Of a DNA stretch of 64,000 nucleotides, positions 53,627-64,000 are shown piece by piece. Positions within the stretch are counted from its first letter, which is position 1, and the number at the start of each line of letters is the position of its first letter. The notes beneath the pieces were generated by a model, which was not told the DNA's origin, made no database searches, and worked only from the letters and a program-made list of their open reading frames with translations. The stretch comes from Eledone cirrhosa. Lineage: Eukaryota. Location: NCBI GenBank assembly GCA_964016885.1, contig OZ024749.1, positions 36,642,001 to 36,706,000 of the forward strand, read 5' to 3'. Both the position numbers and the translations under genes were made by a program.

Positions 53627-54540
53627 GTTACAGTGAAGGTATTTGTGGTGATAGTGGTGATGATGGTTGTAGTGGAGGCGGTAGTAGTAGTGGTAGTAGT
53701 AGTAGTAGTGATGGTGGTTGTAGTGGAGGCGGTAGTAGTAGTAGTAGTGGTAGTGATGGTGGTTGTAGTGGAGGCTGTAGTGGAGGCGGTAGTAGTAGTA
53801 GTAGTAGTAGTAGTAGTGATGGTGGTTGTGGAGGCGGTAGTGGTAGTAGTGGTAATGATGGTGAAGGTGTTACTAGTGACACCCTACGAAAAAGAAGTCA
53901 TCATCACCACCACCATCACCATCATCACCATCATCACCACCACCATCACCATCATCACCATCATCACCATCATCATCACCACCATCACCACCACCACCAC
54001 CATCACCATCATCACCATCACCATCATCACCATCACCATCATCATCACCATCACCATCACCATCATCACCACCACCACCACCATCACCACCACCATCACC
54101 ACCACCACCATCACCATCACCACCACCATCACCATCATCACCATCACCATCATCACCATCACCATCATCACCATCACCATCATCACCATCACCATCATCA
54201 TCACCATCACCATCATCACCATCACCATCATCACCATCACCATCATCATCACCATCACCATCATCACCACCATCACCATCACCATCATTATTATCATTAC
54301 CATCATCACCACCACCATCACCATCACCATCAGCACCACCACCATCACCATCACCACCATCACCATCATCATCATCATTACCATCACCACCATCACCATC
54401 ACCACCACCACCATCACCACCGCCATCACCATCACCATCATCATTACCATCATCACCATCGTTATCATCCTCATTGGTATGATCACCACCATCATCATCC
54501 TCACCACCATCATCACCATCACCATCATCATCATCATTAC
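52500..54540. repeat. (GTA/GTG) higher-order array followed by a (CAT/CAC) array
   Basis: Strand composition switches across a ~20-bp spacer at 53880-53898. Confidence 0.92.
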
Positions 54541-54718
54541 ATCTCTTTTACCATGCTGTCATGGCTTAGACAAGTCTTCTCCTCTACTACATCTCACCAC
54601 TAGTCTCTCTCCTTTGTCTTCCCCTTTCTAAGGTCCTATATCTTGAGGTCAGTTTTCATCACCTCTGCCCATGTCTTTCTTGGCTATATATATATATCTG
54701 GTTATACCTTCCCCTTAA

Positions 54719-54925
54719 CCCTTTAATGTTCAAACCGGCCAAATCCGGCCGTAATTCTCTACCTCTTTCTGTTGAAACTGGCTGTAACCGGTCGCTCAAA
54801 CTGATGTTAAGGTATTCTTCTCAAAATAAATACTTTCAAAATCTCATAGATTCGATATTATGTGAGATAAAGCCTTTACCATGAAAATATAATAGTATAT
54901 ATAGAGTAATGTAAATGCTAAAGAG
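54719..54925 (+). mobile_element. piggyBac-type MITE copy
   Basis: TTAA flanks at 54715 and 54926; same internal sequence as 20813-21020. Confidence 0.8.
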
Positions 54926-56119
54926 TTAAACACATCTTTTCTTTGTGGGGTATAGTTTCTGCTCATGTCTTCCTTAACTGTCACTTCCTTCCACTTGCAA
55001 CTCCTAGCACTTCTCCACCCAGAAATCATCATCATCATCATCATCATCCTTCAAATACATTATATCGTGTCTGTAATGGTGCAATCTTCTCTCATGCATG
55101 CAACGACAACACTACCTTATCGACCCCAGTACTAGACTAGTACATTTTTTATCAACCTCGAATGGATGAAAGGCAAAGTTGACCTCGGCGCATTTTGAGC
55201 TCAGAGAACAGAGAGTCGAAACAAATACTGCGGAACGAATACTTTAAAACATTCTATTTTACATTCTAACATCTCTGCCAATTTACTGCCTTACTAGAAA
55301 GTTAGGAAGATAAAAAAAAAAAAAAGATGTTATATAGAGGAATAATGGACATAGAGTTATAAGCTAGTTGTGAAATCTATCACAGTATTTCTGGAAGTGA
55401 ATTTGTAAATAGTAACTTATCTAGATCTCACATGGGACTTAATAAAATATACCTGTGGAAAAAAAAACATTAAAAATAATGGCTTATTGAATTTATAGTA
55501 CTATGGTAAATTCATCTTCTGTACATGTAATAGATGGAACGATATTGCTGGTAGAAGGAAGTAAACTTGTTAAAAGAAGTAATTTAATAGAGAGCTTGGT
55601 GAAATCCTGAAGGGTTGTAAAACATAGACATTAAGAAACAAGGTTAAAAGAAAATATATGATATATTATAGGTTGTTAGTAAGGAGGGAAAGCTATAGGA
55701 AAGTACAATAATGTTATAGGAGTTAATGAACAGAGATGTGTAAAGTCAGATGTACATATATACATACACACATATACACACATCCACAACCATACACACA
55801 CACATACATTTTCACACACTCTCTGTCTCACACAGACATATATACACATGCACACACTCTCTCATATACATACACACACGCACGCACAATCATACACACA
55901 TACATACACTCTCTCTCACACACACACATATATATATCTATATCTATATATTTGTTTCTACTTTAGGCACAAGGCCAGCAATTACCCAGTTCATTACTGG
56001 TACTTTATTTTATCGACCCCGTAAGGATGAAAGGCAAAGTCAACCTAGGCGGGATTTGAACTCAGATCGTAAAGGGACGTAACTATGCTGGAAAGCATGG
56101 CGTCCGACCCTCTGTGTAT

Positions 56120-56265
56120 GTGCATGGCTTAGTGGTTTGAACATTGGGGCTTGCAATCGTGAGGTTGCGACTTTGATTCCTGGACTGAGTGATGCGTTGA
56201 GTCCTTGACCAAGACACTATATGATGCACCCATGTTGCTCCAATTCACTCAGCTGTAGAAACGGG
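56120..56265 (+). mobile_element. Second tRNA-derived SINE family (V/Meta-core-like)
   Basis: TGGCTTAGTGG A-box, B-box-like segment, core GTCCTTGA(G/C)CAAGACACT...TTGCTCCA..T.ACTCAGCTG. Other copies ~20200-20430(-), 25130-25280(-), 28660-28770, 39085-39215. Confidence 0.65.
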
Positions 56266-57659
56266 TTGTGATGTGTATTGGTGATAAAGGGGTGTAGTAA
56301 AGAAAGAATGTAGTTGGTGGTGCGATGTGGTCCGTTAGTTATTTAGTACCGTTAGAGGGGTTAAATGTGTATCGAGGTCCTATAGGTATAACTAATTAAT
56401 TAGTTATTTTGGTGTGTGTGAGTGTGTTAATGAAGTAGTAGAGCGTGTGAGAGGTGGGTGATAAAGGCTAAAGGAAGAGGGTGGGAAATTAAGACCGTTT
56501 CCGCTCCAGGTCTGGAGAGAAAAGATAATCCGCTTCTCTGTTCGCAGACGTGTCACCGATACACACCACATACTGCCACCACAGCTCCCATACCAAACCA
56601 CTTCCGTTCTGCGTGCACAACTATGAGCCTCCATCATCTCTCTTTCCTTTGACCATTTCCTTCTCTAGCCACTTCCTGAAACAGCACCGCTCTGACTGCA
56701 CGAGGGACAAGGATATTTACGAAAACCATTCGGAAATACAAGAGTATATTCACATACATACACATATATAAACATGCACACATTTACGTGCACGTACATC
56801 CACACAAGAAACATAAAATAATTTCAACATATACGTGTAGATACATACACAAACGCTACAAAAAGTCAAAGACACACATGTGGAGATGAAGCGAAGCGAG
56901 AAATTTAGTAAATGTTGTTAGAGGTGAAATAACACAAAATAGATGGTTCCGTTTAAATACAAAATTTACTTCACTTCAGTTAATGAAAGAACAAAGAATA
57001 AGTTACTACAAGTTATGGTTGACGATGTTTTTGCTGTTATGATGAAATAGTCTGTGGCCAGAGAAGGTGAGAGCCTGTAAGACCAGGAGAGAGAGAGAGG
57101 TCTGTAGAAGTTTGTTGACCCCAAGGGGTCTGTAGAAAGCAAATATTCTACACAGTTATTCTATCAAGAAGTGCTCCGAACTGCCTTTTGCCTGGTCTAA
57201 GCCAGGCTATTTACATCTGTCGCTTCCTCTGTCCCCTGCCTCGAGTGATCGCCCACGCATCAATTTGTTTACGCCAAAAAGGAGGTAACCCAGAATTTGA
57301 CCGTTAAGTGTCACACAAGGGTCAAGGTGTGGACAGATTTCGCTACAGAGATACATATGCATACACACACTCTTACAAAATCATACATATATACGCATGT
57401 GCATACACACACAAATAAAGCTACAGAAAAAACACACACATACTCATATATAAACACACACACACACTTACGTGTGCACACAGGCACACAAAAAATAAAA
57501 CAAGAATTCACTGATACACATACACGCAAATAAAAAAAACACTCACAAACACATACGTGTACATACACACCCATGAAATTCACCCCATCTGCACACACAC
57601 ATAACACGTATGACACATCAGCCTTCACTCCTGAATCCCGGACCACTCACCTACTACCA

Positions 57660-58302
57660 CAGCCTTCTTAACTTTTTTCCAAACTCTGATGTTCCGATTT
57701 CTTCTCTCTCTCTCGGAACTTTCCGTTTCTTCAATAAGGATTTATATCTGAAGTGCCATCATACCCTCCTCTACTTCCTCTCAAGCATGATACTAATAAG
57801 ACTTCGTGTTTTTGCATTTTTGTGCTTCTATTATCATTTCTTTAACTATATTCTGGCTGATGAACGAGGCGAAATCAACACACTTTGGGAAAGTCTGAGT
57901 ACCTAGGATGGTATACGCCAGTTTACCATGTATTTTACACAATATGGACGTGAATCTACACGTGAAAGCAAATATTTGAGGAACTTTCTATTCCAGCCTT
58001 CTTAACTTTTTTCCAAACTCTGATGTTCTGACCTCTTCTCTCTCTCTCGGAACTTTCCGTTTCTTCAATAAGGATTTATATCTGAAGTGCCATCATACCC
58101 TCCTCTACTTCCTCTCAAACATGATACTAATAAGACTTCGTGTGTTTGCATTTTTGTGTTTCTATTATCATTTCTTTAACTATATTCTGGCTGATGAACG
58201 AGGCGAAATCAACACACTTTGGGAAAGTCTGAGTACCTAGGATGGTATACGCCAGTTTACCATGTATTTTACACAATATGGACGTGAATCTACACGTGAA
58301 AG
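57660..58302. repeat. Recent tandem duplication (309-bp copies, period 334)
   Basis: 57660-57968 and 57994-58302 are near-identical. Confidence 0.93.
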
Positions 58303-58419
58303 AGTCAGGAACAAACATAATCGATCGTTCCTCGAGCTGATCGACAGTGAAACATATGTAATATGTAATTAAATATGTATATGATGCAACACTGATTCTC
58401 TGTTTCCTCATTATTATTA

Positions 58420-59125
58420 TTGGTGGATTGACAGTATCGGTAGAGGGTCGGGCGCCATGCTTTGAAGCATAGAGTTACCTCCCTTTACGATCTGAGTTCA
58501 AATCCCGCCGAGGTTAACTTTGCCTTTCATCCTTACGGGGTCGATAAAATAAAGTACCAGTAATGCACTGGGATAATTGCTGGCCTGGTGCCAAAAGTAG
58601 AAAGAATTATTATTATTGATATTCTGCTCCTCAATAGCATCGAGTGCTCACCTTGGCAAACCGCCTGTGAACGCAATCCAATTGCACCCTTACTACTTAA
58701 GCGTTAACCTAATATATTTCTTCCATATACTCTACCGATTGTGAAGTTATTTCTGTATACCTTTTAAATATATACATACATACATGATGGTTGACCCCTC
58801 GTTATCGAGTATGGCCATTGCATGATATACCATTATTAATAATTGTTTATACTTTTGGCACAAGGCCAGCAATCACCCAGTACATTACTGGTACTTTATT
58901 TTATCGACCCCGTAAGGTAGAAAGGCAAAAACAATAATAATAATAATTGTTTCTACTTTTGGCACAAGGCCAGCAATTGTCCCAGTGCATTACTGGTACT
59001 TTATTTTATCAACCCCGTAAGGATGAAAGGCAAAGTTAACCTCGGCGGGATTTGAACTCAGATCGTAAAGGGACGTAACTATGCTGGAAAGCATATCCGA
59101 CCCTCTACCGATACTGCCAATTCAC
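58420..59125. mobile_element. Oppositely oriented SINE copies (+ 58420-58610; - 58845-58930 and 58945-59125)
   Basis: Near-consensus copies of the dominant SINE on both strands. Confidence 0.85.
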
Positions 59126-59435
59126 AATTATTAATTAATTCTATCGTGCAATGTCAGTTTCCTGAGTTGCCTTCTCCTAGAAGAATGCCCTGACAAAGGC
59201 TAGGGGTCCTTCACTCCCAGTGGTTTAACCGCGCGGTACATGTGTATATACATATTTACACACTTTTGGGTGGCCGTTGACTCTTATGAGTTCTTCTGCC
59301 CTTTGTCAGGTTTTGTTTTTTGTCCTGCAAGATGTCCAAAATCACACTCCTCACCAAGTAAACTTGGTGGGGTTGCCGGTTTAGTCGCCGACGACCCGAC
59401 CATACATACATACATACATACATACATACATACAT

Positions 59436-59815
59436 GTTGTGGAGATCAGCTGCCCACTTGATGTAAACGTTGTCAGAAAAATACAGGAGAAGGAGGACAT
59501 CTACGGACCATTGATGAGGAGTTTACAAATCCAGTATCCAAGATACACCTTTAGCTTCATACCCATCATTATTGGTGCTACGGGTTATATACCAACCCGC
59601 TTGGACCAAAGTATGACTGAACTTGGATTTGCGGACAAAAAGCGCAGCTCCCTAATTCATAGTCTACAAATGGCTGCGATAGCTGGCACCTTCAAAATTT
59701 GCAAAACATTCTTGCGATTCAAGGGATGACTATTTCTTTTCTTTTACAACCTTGCCACCAGGAAGGTGGCCGGTCAAAAAAATATACTCGAAATTAAGAG
59801 AAAGAGATAACATTC
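59436..59815 (+). mobile_element. 5'-truncated RLE-type non-LTR retrotransposon (R4/Dong-like) in a (TACA)n tract
   Basis: ORF 59439-59729 EISCPLDVNVVRKIQEKEDIYGPL...FIPIIIGATGYIP...LQMAAIAGTFKICKTFL, a restriction-like endonuclease C-terminus; (TACA)n on both sides. Confidence 0.82.
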
Positions 59816-59869
59816 ATACGTACATACATACATACATACATACATACATGAGGTCAGCTCACACAAACT

Positions 59870-60035
59870 CTGATTAGCTCTTTCTTGGTCTACCTTTACT
59901 ACGGTTTCTTTCCATTGGCACTTCTTCACCAAACGATCATTGCTCATTTGCATCACATGTCCATACCATCGCACACTTCTCTCCTGTACACTTCCTCGAA
60001 TTCCTCTTAAACTCAGCTTCTCCTTCAACTCTCCC
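59870..60035 (-). mobile_element. RTE-clade LINE fragment
   Basis: KEKLSLRGIRGSVQERSVRWYGHVMQMSNDRLVKKCQ; same family as 48870-49265. Confidence 0.8.
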
Positions 60036-60288
60036 CCCTCCTCTCTCTCTCACACACACACACAACTAGATACACAGCAAACCCTCAATTTTACATATCA
60101 AAGTCGGCTTCGCTCAAGTAATTGGAGTGACCTCATTTTGCTTATACATTACATATTTCGCATAGTTTCTATGGCTAGATGCCCTTCCTAACATAACCAC
60201 TTTAGAGTGTTTACTGCTGGGTGCATTCTTTCTGCATAACCACTTTTCGCAGTTGACTAGGTATATTCTATCAAGGCACAATTTACAG

Positions 60289-60990
60289 CACAGGTTCTCA
60301 ACCCATTTAGGCCAAACTTTTGTCCCTCGAAATCACGAAACGCCCCCCCCCCCTCCCTATTTTTCCATTTTTCAACATACTACTGATTTTTATATCAGTA
60401 GATTACTAAAAAATTGATTAACAATATTCCAAAGATGTGTGTATTACCTGCTTATATGTTGTATGTGGTCCTAGATGTGTGTGCTACTCGCTTCTGTTTT
60501 TTCTTTTCTTTTTTTTTTATTTGTAATATTATTTATACAATAGGGAATAAAATAGATCTACATAGTGTTAACTCGTTACGGTTGAGTCAATAATTTCAGA
60601 CATGAAATACATTGTATCGGTGAAGGAAAGATAAGATTCTAACTGGCTGCGCTCAAAGTGTCTTTGACCCAGTTGACTGTGGGTTTTTCCATTTTTAGGA
60701 TCTCAATTTCCGGTTAACGTCTCAATTACCGGACATGCCTGCACACCTGCTCACAGCTGAGGTCAGACCACAGTTATGCTGTCTGCAAGCTCATTCAAAT
60801 GCATTCACACTGGCTGTCTCAAGGACATACAAATATGGCTTATAAAACTTACCAAAATAAAGAGCCTTCCAGCGCCCCCTAACCCCCCAGCTCCAAACGC
60901 CCCCCCCCCAACGTGACCTTGCTCCGAAACGACCCCTGGAGTTCCGAAACGCCCCCCGGGGGTGCATATACCCCCCGTTGAGAACCTTTG
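60289..60990. mobile_element. hAT (Charlie-like) non-autonomous element, 702 bp
   Basis: TIRs CACAGGTTCTCAAC and GTTGAGAACCTTTG with a perfect 8-bp TSD ATTTACAG (60281-60288 and 60991-60998). Confidence 0.85.
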
Positions 60991-61490
60991 ATTTACAGCA
61001 TGTACTGAGTACATTTTATCGGGGCACTAGTACTAAAGAAGTCGTCACATGTTCGGCCAGACTAAAGGGTTCCTTTAAACAATATAATGTCTCCATTCGA
61101 TTATCAAACACTGTAGCCGCCAATCTCTCACCACACTTACTTTTATTGTCTCACTGCTTGTGCTGATGGGGAATAAATTACTACGGCTGTCGCTGGTGGG
61201 GTCCCCTTGCTACGGCAATTTTCCTTTTTTCCACCTCATTAAATCTGGCCATGCACACACACACACACCTATTGCTGTGTTCTAATCACATACTAGCTAA
61301 CTTTGTCTTTCATTCCTCTGGGTCTGATAAAGCTAGGCTGGAGCCTAATGGTGAAATCAATTAAATCAATAATGCCAATAGATGGTATCGTACTTTGTGG
61401 CCTTGTGCCAATATTAGAAATCTATATATGTGAGTGTGTGTGCGTATGTCTGTACGCATGCATGTATGTATACACACACACACGCATGCG

Positions 61491-61550
<60 letters not shown>

Positions 61551-61729
61551 AAAATTGAACGGGAACAAAACAGAGAGGCAGTACGAACAAAGGTTTATTA
61601 GTTTCACGCACTTGAGAGTGGGGTGGTGATATATATATATACACACGTATATATACATATATACATCTCTCACTATGATTCATACTGCTTTTCACCCCAC
61701 CCCCCCTTTTTTTTTCTCTCTCTCTCTCA

Positions 61730-61772
<43 letters not shown>

Positions 61773-61778
<6 letters not shown>

Positions 61779-62244
61779 GTGTGGAAAGAAACTCCATAGT
61801 TAAAATTGTTAATAACTTAATTATTAAATATGTTTTATTTTGAACATTATCTCGATAGAAGTACAATACAGTGTTTGTAATCATTTGGGTATAGCCACGT
61901 CATCTGGGTATAGCCACCATTGACTCAGGTGTATTTTCGTCAGTATATGATTAATGGGTTCCTCAAATTGAGTTAGAGTTTTTGGTTTTGAGCTATAAAC
62001 TTCTTCCTTCGCCCGCCCCAACAGGAAAAAATTTGTATGGCGTTAAGTCAGGGCTTTCATGCAGACTTCGATAACCAAACGAACGTCCTGGAAATTGGAA
62101 TCAATCACTCACGGACAATGCGTGTAAATTGAGGAGGGTCTCCATCTTGCATGAATATGAGGTCATTGATGTTGTCCCAAGTAGTTAGAGCGGGCCAAAG
62201 GATATAAATAATTTCCAATAGGGAGTTTCTTTCCACCCACCCTG
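61773..62244 (-). mobile_element. Internally deleted Tc1/mariner-superfamily transposon
   Basis: TIRs (C/T)AGGGTG(T/G)GTGGAAAGAAACTCC at 61773-61795 and 62222-62244, TA on both sides. The - strand encodes a decayed LIFMQDGDPPQF...FPGR...SPDLTPYKFFLLG..KEEVY..KPKTL catalytic region. Confidence 0.88.
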
Positions 62245-62458
62245 TATTGTGTATGAATGTATGTTAGGTTTTTCTAGTCATAAGCCTGGTGTTCACTGAA
62301 CTGTCCAGTTCGTGTAGATCAGAAAAAAATTATACATTTTTTAATATATTTTGTCTGAGGAGAACAAGTTTTGCTTTATGTTATACATAAAACTATCTTC
62401 GAAATATATATAATCAATAAATAGAGATGATATAAAGTATATATCTTTCGTTTATTAC

Positions 62459-62489
<31 letters not shown>

Positions 62490-62629
62490 CAAATGTGAGG
62501 TATCAAAACATATCAAATATGGTTGATTTTTTTTGTGCTTCTCGATAAACAAGCTCAATAGACTTTGTCCAAAGCTATAATAATTCAAAAGGAAAAGATA
62601 TATCTATATATATTTCAGAAATATGTGCT

Positions 62630-62667
<38 letters not shown>

Positions 62668-63268
62668 AAATTAGGAAAATTAACAAATGAAAGAAAACTA
62701 GGCAGAACGGAAAAATAAACTCCTTTAAAAGTGAAACATAAAATTTTTTTTTTGAGGGAGGAAAAATAAAAAGACAAACGAAAGACACAGAACTCTAAGG
62801 TGTTCAGCCGACGAGATGGACTTGACAGTTTCGACACCTATAGACGGTACCTCCGGTCTACACAGCATCTGATACGACTAGGCGAAGGTGTCGTGCTTTG
62901 TATAGCAACGATAGTCACGTGAGACTGAAAGAAAAGATGTCGTGTTAGAAAATGTAATACATTGAAATTATACATTATACCACACTCAAAATGGTGGTTG
63001 GTGTTATGCAGCCAGCCGACTCTGTAAAGTGATAATTATGGTGCCGTAAAAAAAACCCCATAGACCACCGAGTCAAGTGGTAGTACTGGTGTCACGAGAA
63101 AACACTAAGGTACACGTTGTGAAGTGGCTGGCATTAGGAAGGGTATCCAGCCGCAGAAACCATGCCACAATGGAACGTATGAGCAAGACGCAGTCAGCTG
63201 ACTTGATTTGTCTAGCCTGTACATAACAACCTGCCTAACCCATACAAATAGATGTAAAAAGAGGATAA

Positions 63269-63345
<77 letters not shown>

Positions 63346-63347
<2 letters not shown>

Positions 63348-63533
63348 CGAAGAAAATGTGGTAAGGAACCAGGTGGACCATAACGCACCAAAGTACTCAA
63401 TACTTAGGGTAGTAGAGTGGGTAATAGGAACGAGCAGGACCCCGACGGCTGAGCTCAAGCCGTTTCGACGGCTAATTCAGAATTAGCCGTCGAAACGGCT
63501 TGAGCTCAGCCGTCGGGGTCCTACTCGTTCCTA
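63346..63533. mobile_element. (TA)n-inserted fold-back element, family C
   Basis: ~54-bp arms (63424-63477 and 63481-63534, one mismatch) around a 3-nt loop. Each arm holds the GAAA-stem III-GTC half of a hammerhead. Confidence 0.78.
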
Positions 63534-63545
63534 TATATATATATA

Positions 63546-63755
63546 GTAATAATAATAAATTTGAAGACTAAAATCCAAAGAGGGTTCGATAACGATAAAT
63601 ATATATCAAATATATAAGAACCGTAGAGCAAATATTTATTAAAATAACAGATTAAAGTTTAAGCAAAGAATCGGTGCTTTCACCCTTAACGGGTGTTTCA
63701 GAAGATCACGTTAAGGGTGAAAGCAGCGATTCTTTGCTTAAACTTTAATCTGTTA

Positions 63756-63762
<7 letters not shown>
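63546..63762. mobile_element. (TA)n-inserted fold-back element, family F
   Basis: TA-flanked; arms ~63638-63692 and ~63709-63762 are inverted. Related sequence at ~31341-31410; hammerhead-like CAGAAGA...GAAA with a non-canonical core. Confidence 0.65.
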
Positions 63763-63795
<33 letters not shown>

Positions 63796-63904
63796 AGGTT
63801 GACTTTGCCTTTCATCCTTACGGGGTCGATAAAATAAAGTACCAGTAATGCACTGGATAATTGCTGGCCTTGTGCCTAAAGTAGAAACAATTATTTATGT
63901 ATTG

Positions 63905-63942
<38 letters not shown>

Positions 63943-64000
63943 ATATTAAATAAATGGAAACTATATTTATAAAACCATATTTATTTTATTATATATATTT

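Noticed and set aside
62815-62935. Possible hammerhead on the - strand (long stem, then GAAACtGTC)
   Set aside because: No CUGANGA box at the required position.

Overview
Eukaryotic, AT-rich, repeat-saturated genomic DNA. The SINE repertoire and microsatellite load suggest an octopus (inference). The only host gene supported is the 3' part of a discs-large (dlg1/MAGUK) gene on the + strand: five canonical GT-AG exons (15248-18802) that splice in frame to the HOOK end and guanylate-kinase-like domain, plus two or three candidate HOOK-region microexons upstream. The terminal GK exon is not found, and a 200-N gap follows at 19404-19603. The rest is minisatellites, microsatellites, at least three SINE families, piggyBac-, Tc1/mariner- and hAT-type non-autonomous DNA elements, a Helitron remnant, RTE and RLE-type LINE remnants, and a decayed Penelope-like (GIY-YIG) element. 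The most notable structure is a set of more than 10 short, mostly mutually unrelated inserts, most of them in (TA)n tracts. Many are long fold-back hairpins. Many carry a complete or half minimal type I hammerhead ribozyme with a palindromic stem III, and most share a short TTGAGTRC-like motif near the 3' end. They look like Penelope-like pseudo-LTR (retrozyme-like) insertions, and several fold-back points fall inside the ribozyme's stem II. Nearly all ORFs in the supplied track are translations of simple repeats.
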